Below are positions 41,671-57,535 of a stretch of DNA of 64,000 bases, in pieces. The stretch comes from Octopus vulgaris (lineage: Eukaryota), in NCBI GenBank assembly GCA_951406725.2, contig OX597828.1, forward strand, positions 31,186,001 to 31,250,000, in the 5' to 3' direction. Numbering within the stretch: position 1 is the stretch's first letter; the number at the start of each line of letters is the position of its first letter. The notes below the pieces were generated by a model. That model was not told where the DNA came from and did no database searches. It saw only the letters and a list, made by a program, of their open reading frames with translations. The position numbers and the translations under genes are program-made.

Positions 41671-43036
41671 CATAGATAGATAGGTATAATAAGAGAGAGT
41701 GAGAGAGTTAGGAAGTATAATAGAAACTATTTGCTTTATATAAGCGATCTGAATTTTACTTTTACCCAAATCAATGAAGAATTGTTAGTCTATATAATAT
41801 ATACGTGCATGGTATCCAATGTGTCAAACTATTATAGTTTTTATTAATCTGGTTCCTTTCACTCTTCAGTTTTCCATTTATGGCAAGCATGCTTATGAAA
41901 ATAATGTGTCGCTGTTTATGGGTGCGTTTATTAGGCATAGTTAAATGCTAGCGTATATTTGTATGTCTTTCTGTATGTACGACAAGCATAGACAGGTGAT
42001 AGTGTTTGTGAGTTGCAGAAATCATGTATTTTAATAAGTAGCAAAACAAAATAGCAATGTTTTAGGCATTATGCCAAAATTCAATTGAATCGATGATATT
42101 TATCTTAACGGACAGTCATTAATGTCAAAATGTAATGAAAAACATTGCAATAATAAATGTTTCGAAGCTTCGTTTACACAATATAAATAGACATGCCTAA
42201 AAAAACAATTACGTAAACCGATAAATATAATTAGCGCTCCAACAAAAAACATATTAAACATTGGGTTGAATGAGATTAATAAAATTGAAACGAAAATGCA
42301 AGGGTTAATTCCTTATTTGTTGTATTTGTCAATGCGCTAACGGATGTTGGTTAACAAATGGAAGGTATTCTAATTTTTACAGCCCATTAAAAAAAAACAT
42401 TACCTTTATATTGATTCAGCTAATGCTAAATACCGTCATACCCTCCCCCAACTTCTGAACCAATATCCACTGAATACCCCTATATTCTGTGTATCTCTGT
42501 CTCCCTCCTCTGGTCATTTCGCATTAGCTACAGATTCCTATACCCCGACCCTATGCCGAATTAGTTTGTATGGTTTCTATTTTCTTTCAACATTACTTTT
42601 GATTTATTAATTATTTCTTTTCTTCTTTTCTCCTTAATTTAATTTATGATTTCCCCTTACCTACCTATCCTCTGAGCCTACGTCAATAAATTATCCCTTA
42701 CACGCCACTCCAGTCCACCTATGATCTAGTCTAGCAGACTCCTTCTAATCCCATTCGCTGACTTTATATATCATATTACACACACTTTCAAGAACTGCGT
42801 TCTTAACCTCAACGGAAAACGTTATTGGTCATTCTCCCATTTTATAGTTGGCATCGACATACTTCAGCCACTTTCCTACTGTATTATTCGGTTATTCTTT
42901 TGCTTGTAAAATTACTTCTCATCTCATGATTACGCTCTTTTGTAATGGAGTAATGTTCTCATTCTTTTATTAAAAATTTACGTAAGAAACAGCTGTAATG
43001 AGCTGACAATTATCCATCGTATATTCATTTGATTAC

Positions 43037-43070
<34 letters not shown>

Positions 43071-44089
43071 CTATGTCTGTGTCTACGTTTGCGTGTGTAC
43101 GTACGTATTTATATATGTATACATGTATGTTATTATTCAATTTTATTTCATGATTTCTTGTCAATTGAGAAAGAGCGGGCTTCTAACCTCGATCCAAGGC
43201 TATTTCATTGGAATTTCATCTTCAACAACAGAGTAATTTTCTATGTATGTATGTATAAATGTATGTGTGCAGATTTGTATGTTTTGTTTCATGTATGTCT
43301 TGTCATGCATATACCTGCATTTCTAGACATTCTCATATATACTTAAACGATAAAAGTCTGAAAAGTTTTATAGATTTTACAGTTCCAGTGATGGATAGGA
43401 TCTGTATTCTTCGCCTTCGAATTGGCTTCCTCCTTTCTAGCTTGAGATGCTTAATTTCTCCAGATTGGTATATAGGCAGTATGTTAAATATCACACACCT
43501 TTAATAATCTTTTAATATGTTTAGTGTAACTACAGATAGTTCATCGTAGCCATCTTTCGTGTATGTATGTATGTGTGTATGTATGTACGTGCGCTTCAGG
43601 TTTGCCTGATATACTATATGAAATGCATCGATTTGATTACCTAAATGGTCCTCAGTGAAGACATTTCAAATTATGAAGGAATTCATGGAAATTTTTCAAT
43701 ATATGTATTTAGAAAGGAAGTAAGAAAGGGAGAGAAGGAGAATGAGAAGGAGAAAGGGGAGAAAAATAAAGGTATGGATTCCAGGAACAGTTGAGTTAAA
43801 CGAATTATAATAATAGTAATAATAATGATCATGATCATGATACACAGTTACACACACACACGCATACATATATAATCATATAAACACACATACACGCACA
43901 CATATACAAAAACATACATATATACTTACATACATATATACATACATGCATACATACATACATAAATATATATATATATATATACAGAGAGAGAGATAGA
44001 GAGAGATAAATAGATAGATAGATAGATAGATATAGATATAGAGGTGCAAGAGTGGTTATGTTGTAAGAAGCATGCTTACCAACCACATT

Positions 44090-44400
44090 CGTCTACCACA
44101 GCCTTCTCACGCCGCCTGAATGTGTCATAACTCTTCATGATGAAGTACTCAGATATGTTGTCCCACTTTTCCCTCAGGATCTTCTTAAAATGATCAAGAT
44201 CTGGATGCAAAGTTCCGATGGTAGAGTGCTCCAATACGCCCCATATGGTATAGTCCAGGTAGTTCTAGACTGAGCTGTAAGAAAGCTGGAATTTGGCAGG
44301 CCGAATGTCAGCGAAGTTATCTTGGCAGAATTCTTGCACAAACTTCCCCGTATGAGCAGGAATATCATCTTGGGTCCACTCATAAATACTGTTGGGTCAG
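44090..44400 (-). mobile_element. Tc1/DD37D-like transposase C-terminal relic
   Basis: PANSSF/LDYTIWGVLEH...LHPDLDHFKKILREKWDNI resembles WPPxSPDLNPLDYxIW. Confidence 0.7.
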
Positions 44401-44639
44401 TTAGACTTCAGCCGAGGCAAAGCTTATACCATAGGTCTTTATAATAAACGACAGCCCCCACCTTTTCCCCCCAGAATTGAAAAAATGGAGAGGCATCTTT
44501 TTTCCGTCAGACGCCACGACTCCCAGTATCATGACTTGAGCTGGGGGCTTCGTTCTAAGGACGACTATTACTTCAGAATGCGGCTTAGCAATGAAAAGAT
44601 CATTGCGACATTTTAAAACAGCATCAACGGTAAAGTTAT

Positions 44640-45080
44640 TTTCATTTCAAAAAGATTTTCTTCAAGTAATGCCTGAAGTGGCTTATCATCAACACAACTG
44701 GACGTCCTGTTCGATTTTCATCTCCAAGGCTGAGAACACTTTTCAATTTTGCAAAAAAATCTTCTGTAAGTTCTTTCATTCAGGCATTCTTTCCCATAAA
44801 CTGAGTGTATGTTTCGAGTTGCTTCAGCTGCAGAGTTTCCTTTTTTGTACTCATAAAACATTATGTGCTTTAAATGGTCTCTGGATACTTCCATGTTAGA
44901 AAGGGTTTTAATCAAAGAAATTTTAATTCTATTATTCTGTAAAATAATATTTAATTAGTTTTAAAATACACAAGAAGCCTAAAAAATATTTCAATTCCAT
45001 TAGACATTCTAAAATACTATTCAATTTCATTCAATTTTAAAAGAGGTAAAATCGGACAGAACTTATGGGATCACCTGATA
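44640..45080 (-). mobile_element. Mariner relic (5' TIR + N-terminus)
   Basis: MEVSRDHLKHIMFYEYKKGNSAAEATRNIHSVYGKECLNERT; TIR-like cagaacttatgggatcacctgata. Confidence 0.85.
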
Positions 45081-45275
45081 TACATAGCATCGGATCGATT
45101 TGGTGGACATAAATTGAAAGAAATCCGTATACATACATATATATGCACATATAGTGTGATCTAAAAGTATCTGGGGAGTTGCTATAGTAACGAGGCTACA
45201 GCAATCAGAGTGAAGCCGCTTGACACAGATGGAGATGGAGGGCTGTATATATATATATATATATATATATATTTA

Positions 45276-45495
45276 GGCGGTGAGCTGGCAGAAACGTTAG
45301 CGCGCTGGGCGAAATGTTTAGCGGTATTTCATCTGTCGTTATGTTCTGAGTTCAAATTCCGCCGAGATCGACTTTGCCTTTCATCCTTTCGGGGTCGATA
45401 AATAAAGTACCAGTTTTGCAACTGGGGTCATTGTAATTCCTTTGTCCTTGTTTGTCCCCTCTATGTTTAGCCTCTTGTGGGCAGTAAAGAAATAT
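45276..45495 (+). mobile_element. SINE family B, near full length
   Basis: ggcggtgagctggcagaaacgttagcgcgc...; close match to 39826-40038. Confidence 0.85.
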
Positions 45496-45871
45496 TAATA
45501 TTTCTACTTTTGAAAACCCTTGGATATATTCCACTGAATTTAGGTAAATAATCCTTCGAACGGACGTGCAGTAGCGACGCGTACATAGTTCGGCTGCTCT
45601 ACATTGATAAGGGACAAATACCCTGAAACTACTCTGCAGATGACACACACGCAAGGAGAAGCGGCTGATCTCCCCTGTTCGAAGGTTATAATGGACACAG
45701 GTTCGGGTGTCACATAGCTAGCTAGACGCGATGGCCACTTGGAGCTAATCAACGGCAGCATTCGTCGTATTTTTCTGGACTGCCATGTTAGCTTGGCGAT
45801 AACTATTAATATCCAGTACTGCTGCTGTAGTCACCTTTAGAGAGATTTAGAAATATTAATATTTATATATA

Positions 45872-45924
<53 letters not shown>

Positions 45925-45950
45925 GTGCCTTTACATACACTGTCTCTAAC

Positions 45951-45992
<42 letters not shown>

Positions 45993-47541
45993 ATACACAC
46001 ACAACTTACATTTCGATGGATATACGATGGAAGTGGTGTTGAGCTGCGAATGGGATTAACAAAATAATAGTGAATATGCTGATTTCTGAAAAAGAAAATT
46101 GTGCTGGAGGGCAAATGGAATCACATAGAATATCTTACTGGAATAGTAATTCTCTAAACACATTGCAATTGATATTTCCTGGTTGACACCTAGAATCCTT
46201 AAATTTCTTTTTGAGATATATGTGATTCATCTTTTCACTATGTCCTTAATATTGAAATTTCATAACATAAATCCTGGAATAAACAAATCTATACGACGGC
46301 GCAAGACCTGGCTTGAGGCCTACAATTCTGAATTCGTTTACAGGGCTTAGAAATAAACCGATGGAACACTGTAATATGTGTGTGAATGTGAGAGAAGAAT
46401 ATCTGAAATACAATCATAATTAAATGACCCTCCCCTATTTTCTTTTATCGAAAACTACGACCATTCAACAATTCTCTCGTATATATCGTACTTTTCTAAT
46501 TCCTTGTCGTTACACCACTCCCGATTAGTATGTCAATATCTAAACTATAAATAGTCTGTCATATATAATCTATGGAAAATTCTTTATCAAAATGATTCTG
46601 TTTTAGTGTTGTCTTCATTAATAAAGTAGAAGCTATAAACCCATGATGTTAATCACAATATAGAAGCGGTGAGCTGGAAGAATCGTTAGTAAAGCAAGAG
46701 AAATGTTTAACGGTATTTCGTCTGCCGTTACGTTCTGAGATCAAATTCTGCCGAGGTCGACTTTGCCTTTCATCATATCGGGATCGATGAAATAATTACT
46801 AGTTGAGCACTGGGGGATATAAAACCGAGAAACACGCACTAAAAAAAACACTCTCATGCGCGTACGCCCATATATATAAAACAAGTAACTACGAATACAG
46901 AAATGTACTTTTCTCTCAGTGACTGAAAAAAGCCTTCCCAGTACTGAAAAGGAGAATAAAGAGTGGATGACAATGACCGAATGATCATATCTTCCAGGAA
47001 AATCCAAAGGAAATTTCTCCTAATGCGTGTAATTCAGTGAGTTTCCAAAGGGAAATCGATGGAACACAAGATAAACATGGACATCAGATTATATTTGCGT
47101 ATCCCTTCAAATTTTATTAAGATATCTCCAAATTCCTCGCATTAAGACAGCTCCAAATTCCTGTCTTCATGGTGAAATTCAGTAGAGATCTGTTGCTCGA
47201 AAAAAAATGAACGACAAACAACAAACCCCCACTAGACGCCCAAAAACAAACGCCTTACCTTGTAGCTCAGCTTCACTTGATTCAATAATTCGCCACGCTG
47301 CAAACCGGCGTCGCGACATCTTTCAGTGTAAAAAAAAAACTCTGACATGCGCAGTTTGGAAACAAGCGTCTAACCGCACCGCCTCTCCTCCTCGTTTTGA
47401 TTTTTGAACGTATATTTATTTGTAGATCGAATGTTGTTTCATCGTCATTGTATGTAAACTGTCGATTTAGACCCAGTCACACTACATTTACAGACATAGA
47501 TATATGCATGCATATACACATGCACACTCACACGCACACAT

Positions 47542-47580
<39 letters not shown>

Positions 47581-47929
47581 CATATATATATGTTTGTATA
47601 TATATATATAGAGAGAGAGACAGAGAGATGAGTGAGTGAGAATGAGACAGATGATATACATCACCGTAGATAAAATACACGCCCCATCAAAATAGAAACA
47701 GCACTTTTAAAGACATAAAGCAACAAGTACCTTCTATTTTCATATATTATCACATATTTGTATCTTATAAAGTCTGTTTGGAAGCCGAAGCAATCTCCTA
47801 TCAGAATTGAATATGTGGCGTCAAAGTTCTCCATCGTTTCAGCTGTGCATAAAAAAAAAACATTTCTTTCATTTACAAATTCCATTTTATTTTACATAGA
47901 ATCTGTGTACTTTTCTTTCTCCAAATATA

Positions 47930-47993
<64 letters not shown>

Positions 47994-50900
47994 TATGCTG
48001 ATGGAAAATAGAATTCGTGGCTGCACAATTTGAAAATGAATAACACATCCTTTGCTATCTTATTTTAATTGTTTTGGCTGCTAAATCTATACGCTCCGAA
48101 ATGCTACTGGAAGTAATACGTGTCCATTAATATCATTAACCCTATCATTCGTGCATCGCCTGTTGTCATGTAACATACTTTTACTTGCGTTGATGTAACG
48201 CCTTTTGGTACCTCACCAATATTTTGCTAACTATACTGTTTCAAATATTATATTTATTTTCATTTCAAGGTGCAAACCTCTCAAGATGTTCTGTATAGAA
48301 TAGAAAAAAATAGCAACATTTATGTCAACGATTTTAAATATCTATAATCGATGTACATGTATATAGCGTGTAATTCGGAAGTAACCTTAAGTAATCTTAT
48401 GCATTGTTATGGCTCCCTCCCTTATATTGTAGATTATACAAATTAATACACGTAGATATTTTTGTATATCTAACGTAAATTGATACGTTCGTAGGTTCAA
48501 ATTATAGAATTGGTGGAGTATTCTATGATTGGGGAAAGTATTTGATCACGTCTGTAATGGGTAGCGTGCTTCTTCCGATATACTCTCATAACTTATGCAA
48601 GACATTACACTCTGAATATTCTGCTGGATCTAAGAGGATGATGATGGGGAGGGTATATGCCTGCATGCGACAATATAGTCACCGAAGTACCAGAAGTATA
48701 GTGCTCATTGCAAACCGCTAATGACATGTCTCTGACGGCTGGCTATGCTACAGTCATAAGCATCATGAAATATTATTCAAAGCTCTATGTTTTCTGACAA
48801 GATTTGGACAGACGTTCGAAGTGTGTAAAACATATTTCTTTACTGATAGTGTGTGTGTAATTCTGTATTGTCTTATACACCGCATTATCCTGCCAAAGAT
48901 TTGGCAATCATTACAATTAATTGTCACTGCTAATACTCCACCTATCGGTTCCATAGGCTTCTCAATATTTACCTATACCGTTTCCTATTTGTTCATTTCG
49001 AAAACTTTTGTCGTGTATTAGAAATGCTGAACAGATTCATACTAATATCATGGTACAATAGGTTTAATTTTCTAACTGTGTGATCTTCTGGTGTGCAATC
49101 ATTTGTTAATAGGGTAAATTTTCATGTCTGATGACGTCAATGCGCATGGAAATCAGATTAGACTTTTGCATATGTTTCTTAAATGGGTGTCGCATTTATT
49201 CGTTAGTAAATTTATTGCGGAAACACTGAGTATATTTTGTAACATAGTATTCAGCTTAGATAAATATATAAATTGAATAGGTATTTGAATAAATATACGA
49301 ACTGCAATATATGAATACAAAAATTATCTAATCTATCAGAGCCTTTTGAAATTGAAATAACATAAATGCCATAAATGTTCATTCAGTTAAAATTTATAAC
49401 ATATATGTCATAAATGTTCATTCAGTTAAAATTTTACATGTGAATATTTTAGAGAAATGTAACGAAATATGTCATAACTCAAATTTAGAATCGAGTTCTG
49501 TCGTAAGTATAAATATCATGACTCGGACTTATTTCGTAATCTTATTCCTTTACAGTTCATTTTCTGTAAATCATTGATTAGAGATAAATTGTTATTATAC
49601 ATTCTACTAATTATTTCTTACCTGTTTTGTTTTTATAACAAACAGGTTATTTATTTATAGCTGGTGTTAGTTTCCCTTAGACTAAATTTAGCTTCTTTAA
49701 ATGGAATATTTTTTTTCATTTTTCTTATTTTATTGGTGCTTAACCTGTATTTGTAATATTCCTTGGATACGCTAAGCAAGGATCCTCAAATATCAATAAT
49801 AGTAGCTAATTAACTGTAACCCTACAACACTTGCATCAGAATAGAGTTTAGTTTAGATTATAATTTAAAGAAGCCAAGCAGAGACAAAAGATGAGGTCTA
49901 ATGAATTCCATGGAATGATCTTGTAATAGCTATCGATTTTACTTGTACAACTCACAATTTTATTTCCATCAGTGCAAATATCTTCCATTAAACAGGCTAT
50001 TTTTTATAAAAGTAATCGTACCCCTCAATGCATAAGGGCCAGTCATGCTTCTGGATTTTACAAGTGAATACCACAAGTGAATAACTTCTGATTCATCTTT
50101 TCCTTTATAATGTTATATTCACTGAACTTACCTCATACTTCACACGAAAATTCACTGCATCTGTTATGATTCTGATGCTATTTACCTCAGCGAAGCGAAA
50201 AAATTTGCTTGCGTTATGTTGAATGAATATTCTAAGTTCTGACGATCTTGTGACGATTAATATGTTTATGGTTATGGATATCATATTGCTTTGTAATAAC
50301 CTAAAATCATTCCAATTTTCAAAAACAGTTAGATACGTACATTTAGCAAACATGAGGAAAATACGTTCCTTGCAAAATTTTGCAGAATCTAGTATTAGAA
50401 TATTCAGAAGAAATCAGAGAAATCAGAAATATCAACATTGTAAATGCCGTAAAGTTTTCAATTCAAAATATATGCCATTGGTAATTCATTCCTTTGGAAG
50501 CGTAAAAGATATCTGGTACAACTATATATTGTGTAACGGTATTTATTTTTCTAATGGGAAAAATCATTGGTCAAAAGCTAATTACAGTACTGCATTTGGG
50601 GTAGTAAACATTCTAATATTCAGAAATCTCTAATTATTATGTGACATGAAACAGTTTACTGAGAATTAGAAGGATTACTGTTTTACTAAACAAATACTTA
50701 TGATGAAAATTTCAGACGTAATTAGAACGATTTGGTGGGGGGGGGAGAGAATAGTGTATACAGGACTACATGATCGGAATTGTTAAATTTTCACAATATT
50801 TCCTGAAAGAGCAAAACTTAATATAAAGGTAAGCGTGGAATGCTCAGCAGATCTACCATGTTTACCTTGACCCGGATCTTGTTCAATAAATAGGAAGGCT

Positions 50901-51259
50901 GATATCTTTCGTAGTCCTTTACATTTTCTTTCTTTTATAGTGTTATTATTCAGTATAGTTTTATTTTAATTATATCACATTTTTCTTATAATATTCCTAT
51001 ACCAATTATTAATCTTGTGAACATCACCATCTATAATAAATACTTCACTGTTTTTATATCCTGCACGTTAAAATCAATTGATGAGATGACATTTGTGAAA
51101 ATGTTCCCCGAATCAGTTGTTATTTCATTGAATACTAATGTATCCTCTGTAACAATGAGCATCACTTACAAGAGCACACATTCAATTAACTACACACATA
51201 CCTACCCTCACATTTGTGTGAAAGCGTGTATGTGTATTCATGTATGATATACATACAAT

Positions 51260-51318
<59 letters not shown>

Positions 51319-51393
51319 TATGTGTATATAAGAGTTATACACTGAGGGAAAGCCACTAAGTGGTTTTATATATATATATATATATATATATTG

Positions 51394-51424
<31 letters not shown>

Positions 51425-51935
51425 GATATAGATATAGATATATATATACATGTACATATCAACAACAATAATGCTGCTAGGAATAATATTGATTTCCCAC
51501 TTTTTGTCAGTTCACGTACGTGTTCTGATTTCTATGTTGTGAATTGAATTAATCCCAATAAATTGTTGTTTATATATCTGCTACGGAAATGTTGGAATTC
51601 AAGTCGACCTCGCGGTGTTTCGAAATTTGGACGTTACAGAAACGTCAAGAAGGCACGCTACCCCTCACAATACTTAATCAGACATGTAAATCTTTGAAAT
51701 TTTGGAACTAGTCCAGCAATTTTAAGGGACGATATAATCAACAACATCGACCACACTGCTCAAATGGCATTGTATCTTTGTCCCGAGCCGATGAACAAGA
51801 AATTTTTCGTTGCGAGATTTGAATTTATAAATAGCTGAAAGAAACACCGCTAAGAATTTTACTGAGGGTTCAACCTTTTCTGCCATCTCAACATTTCAAT
51901 GATGAAGATAACAACAACAACAATAATAACAAGAA

Positions 51936-52016
<81 letters not shown>

Positions 52017-52020
<4 letters not shown>

Positions 52021-53030
52021 GGTCTGCTGCAGTACTAGGCATTGGCTCTCATGGCTTTTGATCTTAACTGATTGGAAGTGTTATCATGTACATTGTTTTG
52101 CCTTGGTATAAAAGATGGGCTACAGCAAATATTCTGCTCAATACCAAATATTTGCTTGTCAGTTGTTTGACTTTAACCAGTTGAGCATGTCACTCAGTGG
52201 CTGACGATATGTGCATCTCTGACCACAAGCAGAAGTAGTGGGGGAGGGAGCATCATAGCCGTGTGTTGAAAGGAATTCTTAGAGGTTTGGATAATTCACC
52301 TTTGGAAAAATGGGTGGTTCATTCAACATCCTTAAAACATCCTTATTCAGGGACCTTTTGAGCGGGATGGGCTACTCGACCAGAAGAAAATTCTAACTGG
52401 GCCCCACTTGCAAGGCCATGCGCTGTTTATCTTGATATGAGATCACCATGTCGTGCACATATGGCTGTAATGCAGGTGCCTGATGTACCTTTATAAGACG
52501 GATAGTCATGATGGGTATACTGGGCTTCGTATATTTTACCCCAGTGTCACTTTGATGGCATGCACTGCTCTCTCACTCAATAATAATAATAATGATAACG
52601 GAAATGAAACTATAAAGATTTTGATTGAAATAGAAAAGATTAGGCATCTTCTGATGGCTACAATGCCAGTGATTATTGGAGCATTTGAAATGCTCAAAAC
52701 AGCAACTGAACATTATTTGAGGCTGATTCCTGGCTTACCATCCATGAAGGAAGTGCAAAAGATTACCTTATATGGTACGTTACACATATTGATAAAGGTA
52801 TTGCTTCTGTGAATTTTCGTTCCGTTTTACCTCATTTCATTTCATTCTCTTCATATCTTTTTCATTTTCCTTTCACTGTCTTTTTTTTCGTTCTTTATAT
52901 CAGATGACTTTGTAAGTGAACAATGTGGTATCTTTACTTCAATGGCCTCCCTCCCAATGCACACAGCGGGTTTCTTTGTCCTAAGTGTCGCGAAGTCACC
53001 CGGCAACGAGAGAAAACGAAATTGAAAGTG
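52017..53030 (+). mobile_element. (TAA)n-associated repeats, including an R4/Dong-like LINE 3' end (~52600-52812)
   Basis: IEIEKIRHL..TMPVIIGAFEML...LPSMKEVQKITLYGTLHILIKVL matches the RLE-LINE C-terminus; bounded by (AAT)n. Confidence 0.65.
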
Positions 53031-53222
53031 GAGGATAATGTTAATAACAGTAGTAGTAGCATGATAATAGTGATGAAGGTGAGGAGGAGCAGGAGGAAAT
53101 GGAGGAGAGGGATGCTGATTTCTTCTATTTAATACCTGGGTGAAGAATATGGCGGACTACAAAGAAACTTACAATATATTTTGGTTACATATAAAGGAAT
53201 GAGATAAAAAAAAACAAAATAA

Positions 53223-53763
<541 letters not shown>

Positions 53764-53871
53764 CATATATATATATACATATGTATATATATATATATAT
53801 ATACATACATACATACATGCACTCACATATATATATATATATTTATGCTTATATATATATATATGTGTGTG

Positions 53872-53905
<34 letters not shown>

Positions 53906-54059
53906 TGAAAGAATGAAGATGAGAAAGAGAGTGAGAGACACGGAACGTAGACACAGCATTCAATAAAACAAAGAATGGAAGAATCATATATAGTGTACAA
54001 AATATATAAAGACAGAAAGAATAAGCAAAGAAAAAAATTGGGATGATTATGATGTTATC

Positions 54060-55300
54060 TTTCTGACACAGGAAGAACTCTCGGAATAACCAATGAGCCC
54101 CACCTTCCAAGGTCTCTCTGACTACCAGCGGCAAGTGTTCTCTCCAATTCCTCTGACATGTCTTCAAAACTTACAAATACATATCAATAAAATGTTGCTG
54201 TCCTAGAGAACAACACGGATTTCTCAGTCTTACGTTCCCTTTCAATTTAAAATTGAAACCGTCGATGAGGTGTCCTGACCTCACAGAGTTGAACAAAAAG
54301 CAGATCTGGAGTTGTCAACAAGAGTCGTTTCAGTTTCTTAGATGGAGGACAGTAAAGTTTTCATTCGTTGCTCTTCCGTCTTCAACCATTCGTTGCCATC
54401 TGTCTTCAACCACAACATTTATGGTCTCTACACCTTCCAGGAAAATTATGCCAGGGATCCTAACGATGGGTTCTGCAGTCAACAGAATTTCCACTTCCAT
54501 TTGAACACCGAACAGTTTTCTTTCGGGGTGGATTTCAAATTTAAGATACCCCATACTCATCCAATATCATCCCGAAAAACTGGTTGTTAAGGTCCGGAGA
54601 AATATTTGAAAAAAATATCATTATTCATTCATCTCCTCAATTAAGATGGGACGAAAATATGTTCATCCGAGGGGCAAGTGTGCAGGGCCATCATTTTCGC
54701 TACGTCTTTGCTATGGCATACAGCAACGAAAGATCTAAAATCTTTCGCTCTCCTCAGGTGCCAAATTGAACCTTATATATCTTTCAGACATTTTGCCTGT
54801 GCTTGAGTTGGATTGACGATCGACCTAATTTTCTTATTAAGGCACGTCTCAGTTCTTTTTGTGATCTGATCTTTTTCGCCTGGAGGTAACATGAGAAGAT
54901 TAGGCTTCACCAGTCGTTTCCAGAACATATTAACGAAATCACTGTCGAAGGACTGCCCCAACTCTCTGTGGAGTTCATTTTAGCAACGTAAACATTATAT
55001 ATGTTGTCGGAGCTCTCTGTAATTGTTGTTGTTGCGTTTGTTGCTGCTAGTGTATGACTTGGTCTCATATTCCTTCATTGTCGAAAAGTGTATTGTTGTT
55101 ATTGATATTGCTGTCGCTGACTGTGTTGTTGTCATTGTGGTTGTTATTCTTTTTGCTGTTGCCACTCCTAGTGGTGTTTTGGGGTAGTTATTATTCGTGG
55201 TTGTGGTGGTGATGTTGGCCTTTTCCCTCTGTCCGCATGCCGACGTTACTCTTCCAATAGCAACAGGCGAAATGTAAGTGTTGCCTCTTTTCTTCCCGTA
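54060..55300 (-). mobile_element. Probable L1/Tx1-like LINE ORF1 / endonuclease-start relic
   Basis: IPGIIFLEGVETINVVVEDR followed by a degenerate zinc-knuckle-like stretch; preceded by a T/N-rich low-complexity region. Confidence 0.45.
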
Positions 55301-55992
55301 AACCACAGAATTGAATCAATCGAAGAGAAGCAGTAACCAGTAACAATTCGTTTTACTCAGATTTGTAATTCAATTGTATTCCTCACCCTTCTCCTATTTC
55401 TCCAGTCGAAGTAGTCTCGCATATTTCAGAAACGAGACATAATTTCCATGAAAAGAGTGCTGGTTTCTCTTGATATTAACCAATACAGACAACTGAAATA
55501 TGATTTGTGCACCATTTAATGGAATATACAGGCATCATATTGAACTTCCAAAGTATACTCATGATGTATTTTGCTCTCACCAAATGTAAAATTTTCCGAT
55601 GCTTTGCGAAAGAAGAAAAAATCTACGTAATATTATTAATAACATTATGCAGAATACCAAATACTTCTTTGATAATATAACAAATGGCACTAAGCACAAA
55701 GAGTTACAAGCCACTGACAGAAAGCCACCTTAATTAAAGTTATTGCCTAATTTCGTTGCCTCTGTTCGATTTTATGCAGGTCAACACAAAATCGTCTATA
55801 TTCTACTACAAGTATTATATACATAAATGATTTTAGCATAATTGCTATCATACACTAATAAACTAATACTAATGGTTATTACCCATATGCATACTATTGT
55901 GTGTATGAAATAAGTCTACGTTTATTGCCAAATGGACTTATTAAACAATACGTATCATGACTGTATATTATAATCCCCCGCCACATTGTAAA

Positions 55993-56987
55993 TTTTGTGT
56001 TGTCCGGAAGGTTCGTGCTGATTTATAGTAGCTTACCATTGGACTTAGGCTGGAGATTGTAGCCTTATTGATGAATAGCGATCAAGCAAACCATCCAGTA
56101 CAGATGATGACCAAATCAAATCATTAATTGAGAATAACCCACATTGCACAACCTGAGAATTGGCAGAAAGCCTCAAGCTATCAAAAGCCGTGGTTCATGA
56201 GCACCTGGTAATGCTTGGGTACACAAATCGCTACGATGTTTGGGTACCACATGAGTTGAGTAAGAAGGACCTTTTGGATTGCATTTCCATATGTGATTCG
56301 CTTTATAAACGGAATGAAAACGCACCTTTTTTAAAGCGAATTGTGACAAGTGATGAGAAATAAATTATCCAGAGAAGGCGATCCCGGAGTAAGCGACATG
56401 AGCCACTCTTAGCCACCCCAAAAGCGGGTCTTCACTCTAAAAAGCTCTTGCTTTGTGTCTGGTAAGATTGGTAAGGAATTCTGTACTATGAGCTTCTCCC
56501 AAGTAACCAGACAATTAATTCTGAGAAATACTGCACACAACTGGAAGAGTTAAAAGCAGCAATTCAAGAGAAACGTCCAGAATTGGCCAACAGGAAGAGT
56601 GTTGTTTTCCAACATGATAATACAAGACCGCACTTTTCTTTGGGAACCAGAGAAAAATGACTGCAGCTCAGCTGGAATGTGTTACCCCACCCTCGATATT
56701 CACCAGATATTTCTCCTTCGGATTCCACTTATTCGGGTCTCTGCAGAATAGTCTTAATGGTAAAAATTTTAATTCTTTGGATGACGTAAAAAAATACCTT
56801 GATGAATTCTTTGCCATGAAAACCATCTCAATACTGGGAAGAGGGTATTTTCAAGTTAAAGGAAAGATAGAGACGCATTGTGCAACAAAATGATTCATAT
56901 TTCGTTTATTAGAAATGTAATGGCAAGTATCAATTGACCTTTTCGTTTCATTTAATAATCGGCACGAACTTTCCGGACAACCCAATA
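55993..56987 (+). mobile_element. Mariner element, internally deleted, both TIRs present
   Basis: TIRs gttgtccggaaggttcgtgctgatt / aatcggcacgaactttccggacaac; WVPHEL, IVTSDEK, FQHDNTRPH and YSPDISPSDFHLF motifs with stops. Confidence 0.95.
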
Positions 56988-57493
56988 TATCAGTTCCATC
57001 ATCGTAAATATCTTCATTTTCGATATCCTTTAAAAATAGAAAATAAATTTTTGAAAGGAATGTTGTCATTTACCTTTTCTAGATGTGATTTCATAAAAAT
57101 AAAATAAAATAAAAGAAATGAGAACGATTTATCATTTCTTCATATTAAATTTTAAATATACGACTTGCATCTCTCGATGACATTTATCCAGCAATATTAA
57201 GCTCCTCATTTTATAGTATATCATTAAGGAAATGCCACTGGACTAACAGTGATTAGTTTTGGCGATGATAGTTTTAACATTTATCCTCCGATTCTCGTTG
57301 AATAACGGATTTCTTTGTTCGTTTATCGGATATCGTAACATTTAAACATTTATTCTTTACAATACGTGTGTGTGTGTGTGTGTGTGTGTGCGTGCACGTG
57401 TCTGTGTGTGTCTGAATACGTGTGTGCGTGCACGAGTGTGTATGAGCGCATGTCCGCTTGCTTGTGTGTGTGTGCATGTGAGTGTGCAAGTGT

Positions 57494-57535
<42 letters not shown>

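Noticed and set aside
49370-49436. Two copies of cataaatgttcattcagttaaaattt (CRISPR-like spacing)
   Set aside because: Only two units, eukaryotic context and no cas genes; a simple local duplication.
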